A stretch of DNA of 63,365 bases, filler included, from Malassezia furfur (taxonomy: Eukaryota): assembly GCA_052055015.1 (NCBI GenBank). It is 27 parts of 27 records of this genome, joined end to end, with 100 filler letters (N's around TTAATTAATTAA, not from the genome) between each part and the next. Parts side by side here need not be neighbours in the genome. Positions count along the whole stretch, not along the records: positions 47,330 to 49,565 come from JBQJIT010000959.1; positions 49,666 to 51,886 come from JBQJIT010000960.1; positions 51,987 to 54,199 come from JBQJIT010000961.1; positions 54,300 to 56,506 come from JBQJIT010000962.1; positions 56,607 to 58,798 come from JBQJIT010000963.1; positions 58,899 to 61,084 come from JBQJIT010000964.1; 21 more parts are not named here. One strand, given 5' to 3'. The notes under the pieces were generated by a model. It saw only the letters and a list, made by a program, of their open reading frames with translations. It was not told the origin of the DNA and did no database searches. Below, one piece after another: positions 47,983-59,885 of the stretch. Within the stretch, counting starts at the first letter, position 1; every line of letters starts with the position of its first letter. The position numbers and the translations under genes are program-made.

Positions 47983-49454
47983 ATGACCGAGCCTGTGCAG
48001 GACACGGATCCTGCTACGGTGAATATACCTGAGCATACCGAAAACACCCCGGCTCCCCCCACCGCGCCAGCGGAAGCGGGCGAGCCGGCGCCGAGCGCAG
48101 CCGAGGAACACACAACGCAGCCCACCGACCCAGAGGCGCTCCAAGCTGCGCTGGCACAGGTGCAGGAAGAAAAAGATGCGCTTGAGGCGCAATACAATAC
48201 GCTGCTGGAAAAGCTGGCACATATGCGTACTACGGTCGGCGAGCGGCTACGGCAAGACGCCGAGGAGCTCGACCGGAGAGAGCAGCAAATTGAGCGGCTC
48301 ACGACGCAGCTTGGCGACCTGGAATCGACGAATGTGAGCCTCCGTGAGGAGCTCGTTGCGTCGCTTGCGGAATCCGAGCGAGTGACCGAGGAGATGGACA
48401 AACTCCGTGCCGAGATGGCCAAGTCTACCGCACAAGATACCTTTGACGAGCATCACCGATTGGAGACGCGCTGCCGCGAGCTCCAGGAGACTATCGATGC
48501 CCAACGTGTGGATCTCGACCGGCACGAGACGTCGCTCCGCGAGGAGCGTGCCTGGAGAGAGGACATGGAAGCGCAGGCGCAGCGCGCCGAGGCGGCGCTG
48601 ACCTCGTCGCGGGAGCGCGAGGCGCGGCTCCAAGGCACCGTGGAGCAGGAGAAGCAGCTCGCACGTCAGCTGCAGCAGGCTCTGGAAGAATTCCAGCTGG
48701 GTACGTGGCGTGTGTCGACTGACCTCAGCGCAAGAGCGAGACATGCGGCGTGCGGTGGGCGAGATGCAGGACCAGGTGGACAAGGCCGAGGCCGCACTCG
48801 AGTCACATAAGCTGCAGCTCCACGATGCCGAGTCGCAGCTGGCTGCTGCGCAGGAGGCGGCGGGTCGGTGTGGTGCGCTCGAGCAGGAAGTCAAGGAGAA
48901 GAACCTGCTGATCGGCAAGCTGCGGCACGAGGCGGTGATTCTCAACGAGCACCTCACCGAGGCGCTCCGCCAGGTGCGGCGCGACTCGTCGGGGACCATG
49001 GTGGACCGCCGGCTGGTGACGAATCTCGTGCTGCAGTTCCTCGCGGTGCCCCGTGCCGACTCGAAGCGTTTCGAGATCCTGAAACTCATGGCCTCCGTAC
49101 TGCAGTGGGACGAGGAGGAGCGCGAGAAGGCGGGCCTGCAGCGCGCGCATGACCGGGGCGGCTTCCGGTTCCTCGGGTTTGGCGGTGCCAAGCCGCCGCC
49201 GTCGCCATCGCGGAGCGGCGCGGGCGATGAGGTGCGTGGGGGGTGCACTGACGCAGTCGGTATCGAATCTATTTGTCGAGTTCCTCCTATCGGAAGTGGA
49301 GCGTGGCGAGAAGGGCACGGAGAAGGCGCCGCCGTCGAGTGCCGAGGGCGACGCGCCGTTCGACTTGAACCGGCTGGCGCAGCTGGACGCGCCTGCGCGG
49401 GGCGGCGGCGCCTCCACTTCCGCGGCGCCGGACGGGGCCTCGCTGCAGCCGTAG
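47983..49454 (+). CDS. RUD3: GRAB-domain golgin Rud3/GMAP-210; introns 48701-48728 and 49232-49256
   Basis: Coiled coil, KEKNLLIGKLRHEAVILNEHL, VDRRLVTN, KRFEILKLMASVLQW, SNLFVEFL. Confidence 0.88.
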
Positions 49455-49665
49455 TGCGCACGTGCGCACAAATGTGCCAAGCGCGCGTCGGCCTTGCACG
49501 AGTGGAGGAGGCGGCGCAGGCGCCAAGGTAGAAAAATTTGTTGGCGGGGCGGGGCGGAGGTCGGGNNNNNNNNNNNNNNNNNNNNNNNNNNNNNNNNNNN
49601 NNNNNNNNNTTAATTAATTAANNNNNNNNNNNNNNNNNNNNNNNNNNNNNNNNNNNNNNNNNNNN

Positions 49666-51022
49666 GGTGTCGAACGTGGGCGCGGACGACGCGCCGCTTT
49701 CGCGCCCGCGGCTGGCCGCGCGTGGCTCGAGTCCGAGCGGCCTGGACGCGGCGTTCGCGTCGAGCAACAGCCAGTACGGCGTGGGCGTGCGCTCCAAGCT
49801 GTCGACCGTGCTGCCGCTGCTCATCGAAAAGATCCCGGTGCGCAGCGGGAATGCGACGGTGATCATCGCCGAGTTTGGGTGCCTCAACTCGCGCTCGATG
49901 CAGCTGCTGCGCCCGATCATTGAAGAGTTTGCGAAGCACGCCGAGTGCGAGCCGGGCGCCGCGGCGGACGCGACGACCGAGGCGGTCAACGTGAACGGCA
50001 TCGCCGCCGTGGACAGCGTCGCGACGATGCCGACGGCGCGCGACTTCTTTGTGATCCACGAGGACGTGCCGCAGGCCGACTTCCGCGGGTTCACGCACCT
50101 GCTCGACACGCACCCCGAGTCGTACCTGAACCCGGCGTGGCAGGCGTCGCACAAGCCGTCGCTGCAGAACTGCGTCTTCTCCTCGTTCGTCGCGCGCCCG
50201 TTCGGCTCGCGCATCGTGCCGCAGGACACGCTGCACTTTGGGTTCAGCCTGATGGACCTGCAGTGGACACATACCCCCAACGCCACCGACGTCTCGCTGG
50301 CGACCACCGCGCAGGCCGAGCTGACGAGCTTTCTGCTCGCGCGCGCCAGCGAATTCGCCAAGGGCGGCGTGCTCGTCATGGCGTTCATCGCGCGCTCCGA
50401 GGCGGACGACGCGCCGGCGCCCGCCGCGCTCGACCGCACGCACCTCGGCACGCCCCCCGCCGCCCCTCCACCACTTTCTCCGCACGCGCCGCGCGACATC
50501 TGGGCAACGATGACCGACATGCTCGTGCCGTGTCTCCAGCGCCTCGTCTCGTGCGGCATGCTCAAAAGCACCGTCGCGCGGCAGCTGCTCACGCTGCCGA
50601 TGCACCCACGCACGCCGTCGCAGACGATGCGCGTCCTGAGCAACCTCGACCACCTCTGGGAGCTCGACTGGAGCTGCGGCGTGGGGCAGGACACCCCGCT
50701 CCTCAGCGCCTCGGGGCGCGAGCCGGCCGTGTGCAGCGAGCCCGAACCGCTGCGCCTGCCACAGCCCGCGTGGGTCGCCCTGCAGTCGGGGCGCATCTCG
50801 CAGGCGATGTACACCGAGCACGTCATCCAGATGTTCAAGCACCTCTACGAGTCGCACTTCCGCATGGTGCTTCGCGAGCGCGGCAAGCTCAGCAAGGGCG
50901 CCGCTGAGTTCATCCTCGACAGCCTCTGGGACGTGCTCTCCTCGCGCATCGAGGACTCGCCCACCTCGCCCCTCGCCGAGTGCGAGCTCGAGGTGCAGCT
51001 GATTGCGCTCCGCCGGCGGTAG
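49666..51022 (+). CDS. SABATH (Methyltransf_7)-like SAM-dependent methyltransferase homologue (5' truncated)
   Basis: IAEFGCLNSRS, VIHEDVPQADF, RPFGSRIVPQDTLHFGFS..DLQW and FLLARASEFAKGGVLV parallel the SABATH motifs in the same order. Confidence 0.7.
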
Positions 51023-51063
51023 CTCCACCACGCTGTATAGTACACAATGGGTTTTCCATCACG

Positions 51064-51223
51064 CCAGGGCCGCCGGGCCACCAAAGCCGCCAGGGCTGCC
51101 AGGGCTGCCAGGGCCGCCAGGACCCCCGGCGCCGATAGGGCCACCAGGGCCACCAGGGCCACCAGGGCCACCAGGGCACCAGGGCCACCAGGGCCACCAG
51201 GGCCACCAAGGCCACCAGGGCCG
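51064..51223 (+). repeat. Imperfect 9-bp minisatellite (CCAGGGCCA)n, collagen-like G-P-P in one frame
   Basis: About 17 imperfect units, including shortened 8-nt units that shift the reading frame. Confidence 0.9.
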
Positions 51224-51279
51224 CTGGACGCCTCCCCCGCCGCCGGCCCTCCACTCGGCGACACCTCCACCACGGCACC

Positions 51280-51886
51280 ATGGGGGAGGACGCCGACGCG
51301 CGCGATCCTGCCCGCGCGCCGGCACACCACACGCCGCAGCAGCTCCCGTACGTGCCGTACCACAAGACCCGCACCGTGTCAGCGTCGGCGGCCAGCGGAG
51401 CTCGGCGCCCCGCCACGGCCGCGCCCACGGCCCTCCGGCCCTCCGCACGGCACGTGTCGGAGCGTGTGGCCAGCGGCGCCCACGACGCGCACGAGCGCGC
51501 CGCGCCGCCGCTCCGCGTGCTCAAACCAAGGGGCGCAGCGCATGCGCCACACGCGCCGCACAGCGAGTCATCCGCGGGGGGCCCGCGGCCCGCGATATCG
51601 ACCGCCCCTCCGACGGCCGCCGCGTCGCCGGCGCCCACGACGCCGACCAAGCCGCGCGCGCCCCGCACCGCGCCCACGACACCGCGCACGCCTGGGACAC
51701 CCCAAGCCCCTGCTACGCCGGCGGCGCCCGCCACGCCGCCGGGGCCAGGCAACCCCGCGGCGCCCATCCAGCACCATTCGTACGCGTCGACCCTCGCGCT
51801 GCACGACGCGGAGCCCTCGGCACTGCACGCGCCCTCGCACACGCCGCCGCCCCGCGCCGCGTCGGCACCGGCACGCGCGCCGCACG
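51280..51886 (+). CDS. Hypothetical Pro/Ala-rich protein, N-terminal fragment
   Basis: ATG-initiated frame open to the spacer (LPYVPYHKTRTVS); other frames are also open in this GC-rich DNA. Confidence 0.4.
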
Positions 51887-52372
51887 NNNNNNNNNNNNNN
51901 NNNNNNNNNNNNNNNNNNNNNNNNNNNNNNTTAATTAATTAANNNNNNNNNNNNNNNNNNNNNNNNNNNNNNNNNNNNNNNNNNNNCACGGCGCCGTTCG
52001 GCCGCGCGGATCCGGTCGCTCGCCGAGACGGGGGACGGCGTGGCAGGGTGTGCGGCTGTGTGCCCCGTCTCGATGCGTGTGCCGTCGTCTAGGAGCCCAC
52101 CGACCTCGTCGCCCGGGTCGGACGTAGGCACCGCGCCGGGGTGCATGCGAGGACCTCCACACGCGCCAAGGCGACGGCCGCAAGCGGCGCTTGGCCCGGA
52201 CCGGTAGGGGGTGGGGGGAGGCCTCCACACCAATCGATGCGCGCGCAGGAACGGCGGGTGCCCCCCACGCCCCCCCCTTTTCGAATTTTTGGCGTGACGC
52301 CATCGATTGCGCCCTCCACCTGCCGTCGACGATTGTGCGGCCGGAGAGAAATCCCCCCTGCGCGGCGCGACG

Positions 52373-54199
52373 ATGTCCGACCTGCTGGACGGTGCTGTGC
52401 CCAAGCGGCACAGGGCACAGTTCAAAGTGAAGGGCATGACATGTGGCGCATGTGTCGCGAGCATCGAGACGATGCTCGGCCAACAGAAAGGCATCGAGAG
52501 CGTGAACGTTGCGCTGCTTGCCGAGCGCGCGGTGGTCGAGTACGACGCGGACGCCGGGTGGACGCCCGAGAAGATTGCGGAGGAAATTGACGATATTGGC
52601 TTCGAGGCGGAGGTGGTCGAGGAGAAGAGCACGGACCACGTCACGCTGTCCGTGTACGGCATGACGTGTGCGTCGTGCACGTCGTCGGTCGAGCAGGTGC
52701 TCGGCGGGGTGCCTGGCGTGCTGTCGGCGAGTGTGTCGCTCGCGCTGCAGCAGGCTGTGGTGCACTACGACAAGCGCGTGACGAATGTGCGCGCGCTCGT
52801 GCAGGCGATTGAGGACGCGGGCTTCGATGCGCTGCTGGCCGATTCGCGCGACACGTCGCAGATCAGCAGCCTGACGCGCATCCACGAGGTGCTCGAGTGG
52901 AAGCGTGCGTTCCTCTTCTCGCTGGCGTTCTCGGTGCCGGTGTTTTTGCTGAGCATGGTGCTGCCGCAGATCCGCGCGTGCCATTCGGTGCTCGACTGGC
53001 AGGCGGTGCGTGGGCTGTACCTGCGGGACGTGCTGTGCCTCGTGCTGACGCTGCCCGTGCAGTTTGGCGTGGGCCGGCGGTTCTTTGTGCCCGCGTGGAA
53101 GGCGTTCAAGCACCGGAGCGCGACGATGGACACGCTCGTGATCCTCGGCACGTCGGCGGCGTGGGCGTACAGTGTGCTGGCGATGCTTGTGGCGATGGCG
53201 TGCCGCGGGGAGGCGTGTGTGCGGCCGACGACGTTCTTTGACACGTCGACGATGCTGATCACGTTTGTGTCGCTCGGGCGCTACCTGGAGAATGCGGCGA
53301 AGGGCAAGACGAGCGAGTCGCTGACGCGGCTCATGCGCCTGGCGCCGAACAAGGCGACGATCTATACGGAGGACGGGAGCACGCGCGAGGTGCCTGCCGA
53401 GCTGCTGCACCCCGGCGACGTGGTGCGTGTGGTGCCCGGCGAGAAGATTGCCGCGGACGGCGTCGTGGAGCGCGGGCAGAGCGCCGTGGACGAGAGCATG
53501 ATCACGGGCGAGTCGGTGCCGGTCGAGAAGAAGGCGCGCAGCCAGGTGATTGGCGGCACGGTGAACGGCAGCGGGACGTTTGACTTTGTGGTGACGCGCG
53601 CGGGCAAGGACACGAGTCTGAGCCAGATTGTGACGCTCGTCCAGGACGCGCAGGTGAGCAAGGCGCCGATCCAGGACTATGCGGACAAGGTGGCGGGCAT
53701 CTTTGTGCCGTGCATCCTCGCGCTGAGCGCCGCGACGTTTGTGGGCTGGTTCGTCGTGGCGCACTTCCTGCCGGCCGCGTGGCAGCCGCCGCTCTTCCAC
53801 CGGCACGGCGTGAACAAGGTGCTGGAGTGCTTCAAGCTGTGCATCAGCGTGATTGTCGTGGCGTGCCCGTGCGCGCTCGGGCTCAGCACGCCGACCGCGA
53901 TGATGGTCGGCACGGGCGTCGGCGCGGCGAACGGCATCCTGATCAAGGGCGGCGACTCGCTCGAGGCGGCGTGCCACATTGCGCACGTCGTGTTCGACAA
54001 GACGGGCACGCTCACGCGCGGCGCGCTGCGCGTGCAGGCCGCGTACTGGCTGCACACGCCGAACGGCGCGCAGCAGCTCGACGCGCCGTGCGGCGCGCAC
54101 ACGCAGCGCGACGTGCTCGCGATGATGACGGCCGCCGAGGAGAAGAGCGAGCACCTGCTCGCGCGCGCGCTCGTGCTGTACGGGCGCGCGCACCTCGGC
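52373..54199 (+). CDS. CCC2: Cu(I)-transporting P1B-type ATPase (3' truncated)
   Basis: Two HMA domains (GMTCGAC, GMTCASC), TGES, CPCALGL, DKTGT, SEHL. Confidence 0.95.
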
Positions 54200-54299
54200 N
54201 NNNNNNNNNNNNNNNNNNNNNNNNNNNNNNNNNNNNNNNNNNNTTAATTAATTAANNNNNNNNNNNNNNNNNNNNNNNNNNNNNNNNNNNNNNNNNNNN

Positions 54300-54462
54300 T
54301 CAAGGGCAAATACTTTGACGGCAAGAACGCCAGCGGCAAGCCCATCATCGGCGTCATTGCCGCGCTGATGATCGGCGGCTACACGCTCGAGTACAACGGC
54401 CACCTGAGTACGTATGCAAACACTAACGCCGTGCAGAGTACCACAAGAACGCGCACCACTAG
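54300..54462 (+). CDS. ATP17: Mitochondrial ATP synthase subunit f, C-terminus; intron 54408-54436
   Basis: KYFDGKNASGKPI...GYTLEYNGHL|KYHKNAHH*. Confidence 0.88.
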
Positions 54463-54885
54463 ATGCTTTAGCGTGAAAAGCGATTGCCTAGCGGATCTCG
54501 AGATCTCGGCGGGAAACGAAGAAGAGGGAGCAGAGGAGGCAGAGGATGGTTGTCAGTCGAGCCAGGAGCCACCGCCGTTCGGCATGGGCCGCAATGGCTC
54601 GGGGGTCGTCTGGACCGCCGCGCTGTGCCGAGGGCCGCAAAGCGAGTCGGTGTTGTGTCAGAATGCGAGGGTGTTTGGCCGCCAGCTGGGACGGTGGTGA
54701 ACTACGTCGGATTGTCAGTGTGTTCTACACCCATGTGCCTCTCTTCGTAGTATAGATGCGGCGCGTATGTCGTGCATCGCGGGGCAGGCGGCGTGCACAG
54801 GGATGGCCTTAGCAGGCGCCGGGGGCCTCCTGCCGGCTGCCAAGTCGGCGATCCACGCGATCGGCGCTCGTTGGCTCCACGTGCC

Positions 54886-56301
54886 ATGTACACCTATACC
54901 CTGCCCCTCCCCTACGCGGTCTCGTTCACGGACCACCTGCAGACGAGCACCTTTCATGCCGAGCTGACACTCGCGACACAGCTGCGTGCGACCGTCGAGC
55001 AGACCGTGCGGTCGCCGCAGGGCGTGCACATCGAAAACATCCGCGTGATCCAGGCGGTGACCGAGTACCTGCCGGTGCTTGCGGGGGTGTACAATAGCTT
55101 GCTCATGGACACGGTCGTGGAGCGACACGAGCTTGTGTTTCCGTGGCGCTCGGCGCTAGGACACAATGCCAAGTACACGCTGCGCGGCATCGTGCCTGAG
55201 CTGTGTGCGATGCACATGCTGCTGGGCATGGCGCTCGCGAACGAGGCCGCGGCGGCCGTCGAGGCGCTCGGCCTCTACGAGTTGGACACCGCGCTGGACA
55301 CCGCGGCGCGGCGGCAGAACGACGAGCGGCTCAAGGTTGCCGCGGACTTGCTGTGCCGCGCAGCGGGTGTGTTTGACTACGTCGCGACAGAGCTGCTGCC
55401 CAAGTGGGAGAGCGACGTGCCACGCCCGCCGGAGCTCACGCGCGACGTTGCAACGGCGCTCGTGCGCCTTGCGATGGCCGATGCACACCGTCTCGCGGTG
55501 CGCAAGCTGCAGTCGCCCGCGCTGGCGCTGGCGACCGACACCCTGACGCCCGGGCCACCCCTACCGGCGGGGCATCCGTCGCCGGCGCTCCTCGCGAAGC
55601 TGCACCTACACACCGCGTCGCTGTACGAGCAGGCTGCCTCGCTCGTGCGTACGCACGAGGCACGCACGCCGTTGCCCGCCGGCGCGCCGGACGCCGAGGC
55701 ATCCACCCATCGGCAGCCCGTGCACAAGCTCAAGACGACGCTGCAGCACATGCGCCCATCGCCGACGCGCGCCCACAAGGTGGGGGGGAGTGTGCTGCGC
55801 TACGCGACGCATGAGGCGCAGTGGCACCGTGCGCTCGCGCACAAGTGGCTCGGCATCGACGCGGGCGAGCAGGGCAAGCAGACGGGCGTGGGCTTGGCGC
55901 ACCTCCAGGCGGCGCGCGAGCAGCTGCACGCGATCCTGCCCAAGGGCATCGCGAGCGGCGAGAGCAAGCCGCGGGGCCCGCTGTGGGAGCAGCGGCGTGC
56001 GGCCAAGTTCCACGGGGACCTGGGCCTGTGGTGGATGAGCGTCGAGGCCGCGAGCGTCGCGCGGTGGCTCGATGTGTACCGCCGGCTGAACGACGCGGTG
56101 AGTTTCCAGCGTGTGCCGCCGCTTGCCGAGCTGCAGTACGCGTCCGAGGGGCGCGCGGCGCTCGTCGCCAAGCCCTTTGAGCCGCCCACGCCGCGGTTCG
56201 GGCCGGCAGGCGGCGACGTGCTGGACGCGTCGCAGTGTGTCGGCCTGAGCGAGCGCACGGGGTCGTCGCGGCCGTATGCGGGCGCAGGCGCCTACTACTA
56301 G
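54886..56301 (+). CDS. palC: pH-response regulator PalC-like (BRO1 domain), complete
   Basis: Starts MYTYTLP..AVSF; contains ADLLCRAAGVF, PGPPLP.GHPSPALLAKL and LNDAVSFQRVP; ends YAGAGAYY. Confidence 0.8.
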   Translation: MYTYTLPLPYAVSFTDHLQTSTFHAELTLATQLRATVEQTVRSPQGVHIENIRVIQAVTEYLPVLAGVYNSLLMDTVVERHELVFPWRSALGHNAKYTLRGIVPELCAMHMLLGMALANEAAAAVEALGLYELDTALDTAARRQNDERLKVAADLLCRAAGVFDYVATELLPKWESDVPRPPELTRDVATALVRLAMADAHRLAVRKLQSPALALATDTLTPGPPLPAGHPSPALLAKLHLHTASLYEQAASLVRTHEARTPLPAGAPDAEASTHRQPVHKLKTTLQHMRPSPTRAHKVGGSVLRYATHEAQWHRALAHKWLGIDAGEQGKQTGVGLAHLQAAREQLHAILPKGIASGESKPRGPLWEQRRAAKFHGDLGLWWMSVEAASVARWLDVYRRLNDAVSFQRVPPLAELQYASEGRAALVAKPFEPPTPRFGPAGGDVLDASQCVGLSERTGSSRPYAGAGAYY

Positions 56302-56606
56302 GATGCGTAGCGGGCTAAGTAGCTATCCAGACGGGGCAAGTCGCCCGGTGCTTTGCGGCGCGCCGCGGAAGCGGGCCGCTTCCGCACCGCGGGCGGGGGC
56401 GTGGCGCGCGTTGTTGCCGCCCGGCGCGGGGGACACATTGAGCGCGTGCGGGTGAATCTCTTGCGCGCCGTTGGCGCCGGGCGCCTTCTGGAAGAGCGGC
56501 GGGGTGNNNNNNNNNNNNNNNNNNNNNNNNNNNNNNNNNNNNNNNNNNNNTTAATTAATTAANNNNNNNNNNNNNNNNNNNNNNNNNNNNNNNNNNNNNN
56601 NNNNNN

Positions 56607-57193
56607 CGCCCACGGCCAACATCCGGCAGCACGTGCAGCAGGCGATCCAGGCGTCGCGCCCGGAAGGCTCGCACGTCATCCAGTCGCAGGCGCAGCAGCG
56701 CGAGGTGCGTGCGGCTGCGACGAGCTACTGCGACGTGACTGGCATCCACACCGACCTGCGCCTCGCGGGGCAGGTCGCGGGCATGAACGTGTACACCAGC
56801 GTCGAGCTCGATCCGAGCAAGACGCTGCAGCACAACGGCGAGGCGCTCCAGCGCCTCATCGAGCACGTCTACCTGCCGATCGGCCGCATCTTCCAGCTCG
56901 ACGTGCGCTGCCTCAACGTGTTCTGCGACACCAAGGGGCCGAGCATCGCGTTCAATCGCGGCGGCAGCTTGTTCCTCAACCTACGCTACTACCTTGCGTG
57001 GCACGACGACGACGTGCGCCAAGGCCGCCTCGCGGCGCCGCTCGTCTCGGTGTACTTCTCGGTGGCGCACGAGCTCGCACACAACCTCGTCGCCGACCAC
57101 AACTCGGAGCACGAGTTCTACTTCTCGAGCATCGCTGAGCAGCACTTTCTCGCGCTCGCGCACTACCTCGCGCAGCTGCCCCGTAGCGCCTAG
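56607..57193 (+). CDS. C-terminus of a large protein with an HExxH motif (probably the DUF3684/sacsin-like family)
   Basis: IAFNRGGSLFLNLRYY and VAHELAHNLVADHNSEHEFY. Confidence 0.7.
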
Positions 57194-57256
57194 CGGATTT
57201 GTCAGACATCCAAAAAAAAATCTACGCGCGTCGCCTTCGTTCGTCGTCCTCCACAC

Positions 57257-58798
57257 ATGGCCACTGCCTTCAGCTCCGCCGACGCGGCGGTCATTGAGCA
57301 CGAAGTCGAGCTCGATGACGATGCCGTGCAGGCGACGGCCGCATATACGCACCAGGCCATCGAGAACGTGTACTGCGTCGAGCGCACCGCGCGCGACCTC
57401 GTATTTGTGCCGGGCACCAACGACCGCATCACGCCGCCGCTCCGCCGCGTCGCGCTCCAGTTCCCCGACGAGGCCCTGATTGACTCGGTGCCGCTCTTCC
57501 ACGCGCTGCAGCGTGCGCTCGCGCACCTCACCGATGCGCCGCCGCAGCTCTATATCCTTGCCGACACCAGCTACGGCAGCTGCTGCGTCGACGAAGTCGC
57601 CGCGGCGCACGTCCAGGCGGATGCCGTCGTGCACTACGGGCACACGTGCCTGAGCCCCACGGCACACCTCCCGGCACTCTACGTCTTCCCGCGGCATGCC
57701 GTCGACGTCGACGCGGCCGTCGACGCGCTGCACGCCGCCGCCGATAGCCTGCCGCTCGACGAGCTGCAGGCGCTCGTGCTGACCTACGACGTCGCCTATG
57801 CGCACGCCATCGACACCATCTACACACAGCTGCGGCCCAAGCTGCGCCGCCCGCTCGTGCTCTCGCACATGGATACCCAGCGCACCTACGTGGAGCGCCT
57901 CGCGGCGCGGCAGGACGGTGCGGCACCTCCTGCCGCGCCTCCGCCGACACGCGACGCACCCACGGCGCTCTCGACGTCGCTGCTGGGCGCTGGCCGGCAC
58001 GTCGACCTGCCGGACGGCGTCACGCTCGCGCACACCGGTGTGCTCTACCTCGGCCCCGAGTCGCGCGCACTGACGCACCTGCTGCTCACGCTCGGCTCAC
58101 AGCACCCTGTGGTGTCGTACGACCCCCGCACGCAGCGCACGCGCACTGAGACGGGCGCGACCAACAAGCTGCTTATGCGCCGCTACGCGACCATCCAAAA
58201 AGCGCGCGACGCGTCCGTCATTGGGCTGGTGATCGGCACGCTCGGCGTGCAGAACTACCTGCCGCTTGTGCGCGAGCTGCGGCGCGTCTTGACGTCGCCC
58301 GTGTCGCAGCGCAAGGTGTATACCATCAGCGTCGGCAAGCTGAACCCCGCCAAGCTCGCCAACTTCCAGGAGATTGACGCGTTTGTGCTCGTGGCGTGCC
58401 CCGAGAACTCGCTGCTCGATACCAAAGAGTTCCTGCGCCCGATTGTGACGCCGTGGGAGATGATGCTCGCCGTGCGTGCGCACAGCGGCAACGAAGTGCC
58501 GTGGACGGGCGACTACGTACTGGACCTCAGCGAGGCGGTGCACGACGCCGAGCAGGTCGCGACCGACGAGGCGCACGAGGAGCAGCCGCACTACTCGTTC
58601 GCGACAGGCACCTACGTCACCCGCACGCGCTACGGCGGCCAGCCGGAGGCACCGGGCGCCGATGGCGTCGACGGCGCCGAGCGTGCGCTCCAGCGGCTCG
58701 ACATCGCACCACACGAGCTCGCCGTGCGCGACGCATCCGGGCGGATGGTCAAGGTGCTCGACAGCGCCGCGCTGCAGCACCACCAGCAGCGCTCGTGG
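57257..58798 (+). CDS. DPH2: Diphthamide biosynthesis protein Dph2 (3' truncated)
   Basis: RVALQFPDE, ILADTSYGSCCVDEVAA.H, VGKLNPAKLANF, FVLVACPE. Confidence 0.94.
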
Positions 58799-58898
58799 NN
58801 NNNNNNNNNNNNNNNNNNNNNNNNNNNNNNNNNNNNNNNNNNTTAATTAATTAANNNNNNNNNNNNNNNNNNNNNNNNNNNNNNNNNNNNNNNNNNNN

Positions 58899-59757
58899 CC
58901 GCCTCGGGGGCCCCTGCCTCCACCCCTTCTTCCCGCTGGAAGAAGGCACGATCACGCACCACCTCGACACTCGCACACGCCGCATACATAATCGCACTCG
59001 GTTTCTCGACACGCACCGCGGCCTCCTCTGCGCCGTGCGCCACAATCACGACCCGCGCAATCTCGGTCGCAAGGCGCTCCACGGTCTGGTACGACGACGC
59101 CTCAACAAACGCCTCGACGGCACGCGCCATTGCCTCGTACCGCACGCCGCGCTCGCCCGCATGCGGCACGGCAATGTCCAGCGAGATGCGCAGTCGCTGC
59201 CGTGTCTCGCGCTCCCACGGATTCACGCCGAGGATCGCAAACACCTCGAGCGCTTCGATACTCAGCCGGTCGTGCGCAGGCAGCGCCGCGGCCTCCTCCA
59301 CGAGCGCCGCATCCGCACGCGCGACCGACACGCCGACGTACGCGGCACGCAGCAGCGCGCGCGGCAGGCGCACCGTCACCTCGGCCCACGGTGCACGGCA
59401 CGTCCGGCACACGGCGGCGAGCGCCTCGGCAAGGCGCCCGACGTCGTCGTACTCGTGCGTGCGGCAGTGCGCCTCGAGCGCGCGGTACACTTCGCCGTAG
59501 TTCAGCGAGTAGGGCAGGTGGTCGCTCGTGCCGGTGCGCGCGACGTCGGTGCGCAGCACGGCGTCAATGTGCACAGGCTGCGGCAGCGCGCGGCCCCACG
59601 CGTCGCGCCCGGCGCGCATGCGCACCTCGAGTCCACGCACGGCGATTGTGTCGCGCAGGTGCACGGCGTGCGGCGCCAGCGCGCGTGCAGGCATGCTCGC
59701 TGCGTGCCGCGCCGTCATGCCCCCCAACCGCGCGTGTGTCCACCACCGTGGAGGCAT
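58899..59757 (-). CDS. FOL1: Folate synthesis protein Fol1, dihydroneopterin aldolase region (3' truncated)
   Basis: GRDAWGR..PQP, SDHLPYSLNYG, ILGVNPWER..RQ, SSYQTVERLA, VEKPSA. Confidence 0.88.
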
Positions 59758-59885
59758 GCGAAGCGCGGCGCACCGCTGACCTAAGTATGACGTAGGGGCG
59801 CACGGCGCGCCGCTTTTTTTTGGCCACGCGGCGGGCCCCTCGCGCGACGCACACGCCGCCTTCTTCGTGCGCGCCGCTCGGCTGC

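Noticed and set aside
41741..49454. Apparent frameshifts in SEC4, NSE1, AAT2, NOT2 and RUD3 suggesting pseudogenes or recoding
   Set aside because: Each is resolved exactly by a short GT-AG intron with a branch-site-like motif.
56298..56506. Possible minus-strand gene end whose stop overlaps the palC stop (CTAG)
   Set aside because: All three minus-strand frames are open over most of this short stretch and the true frame cannot be determined.
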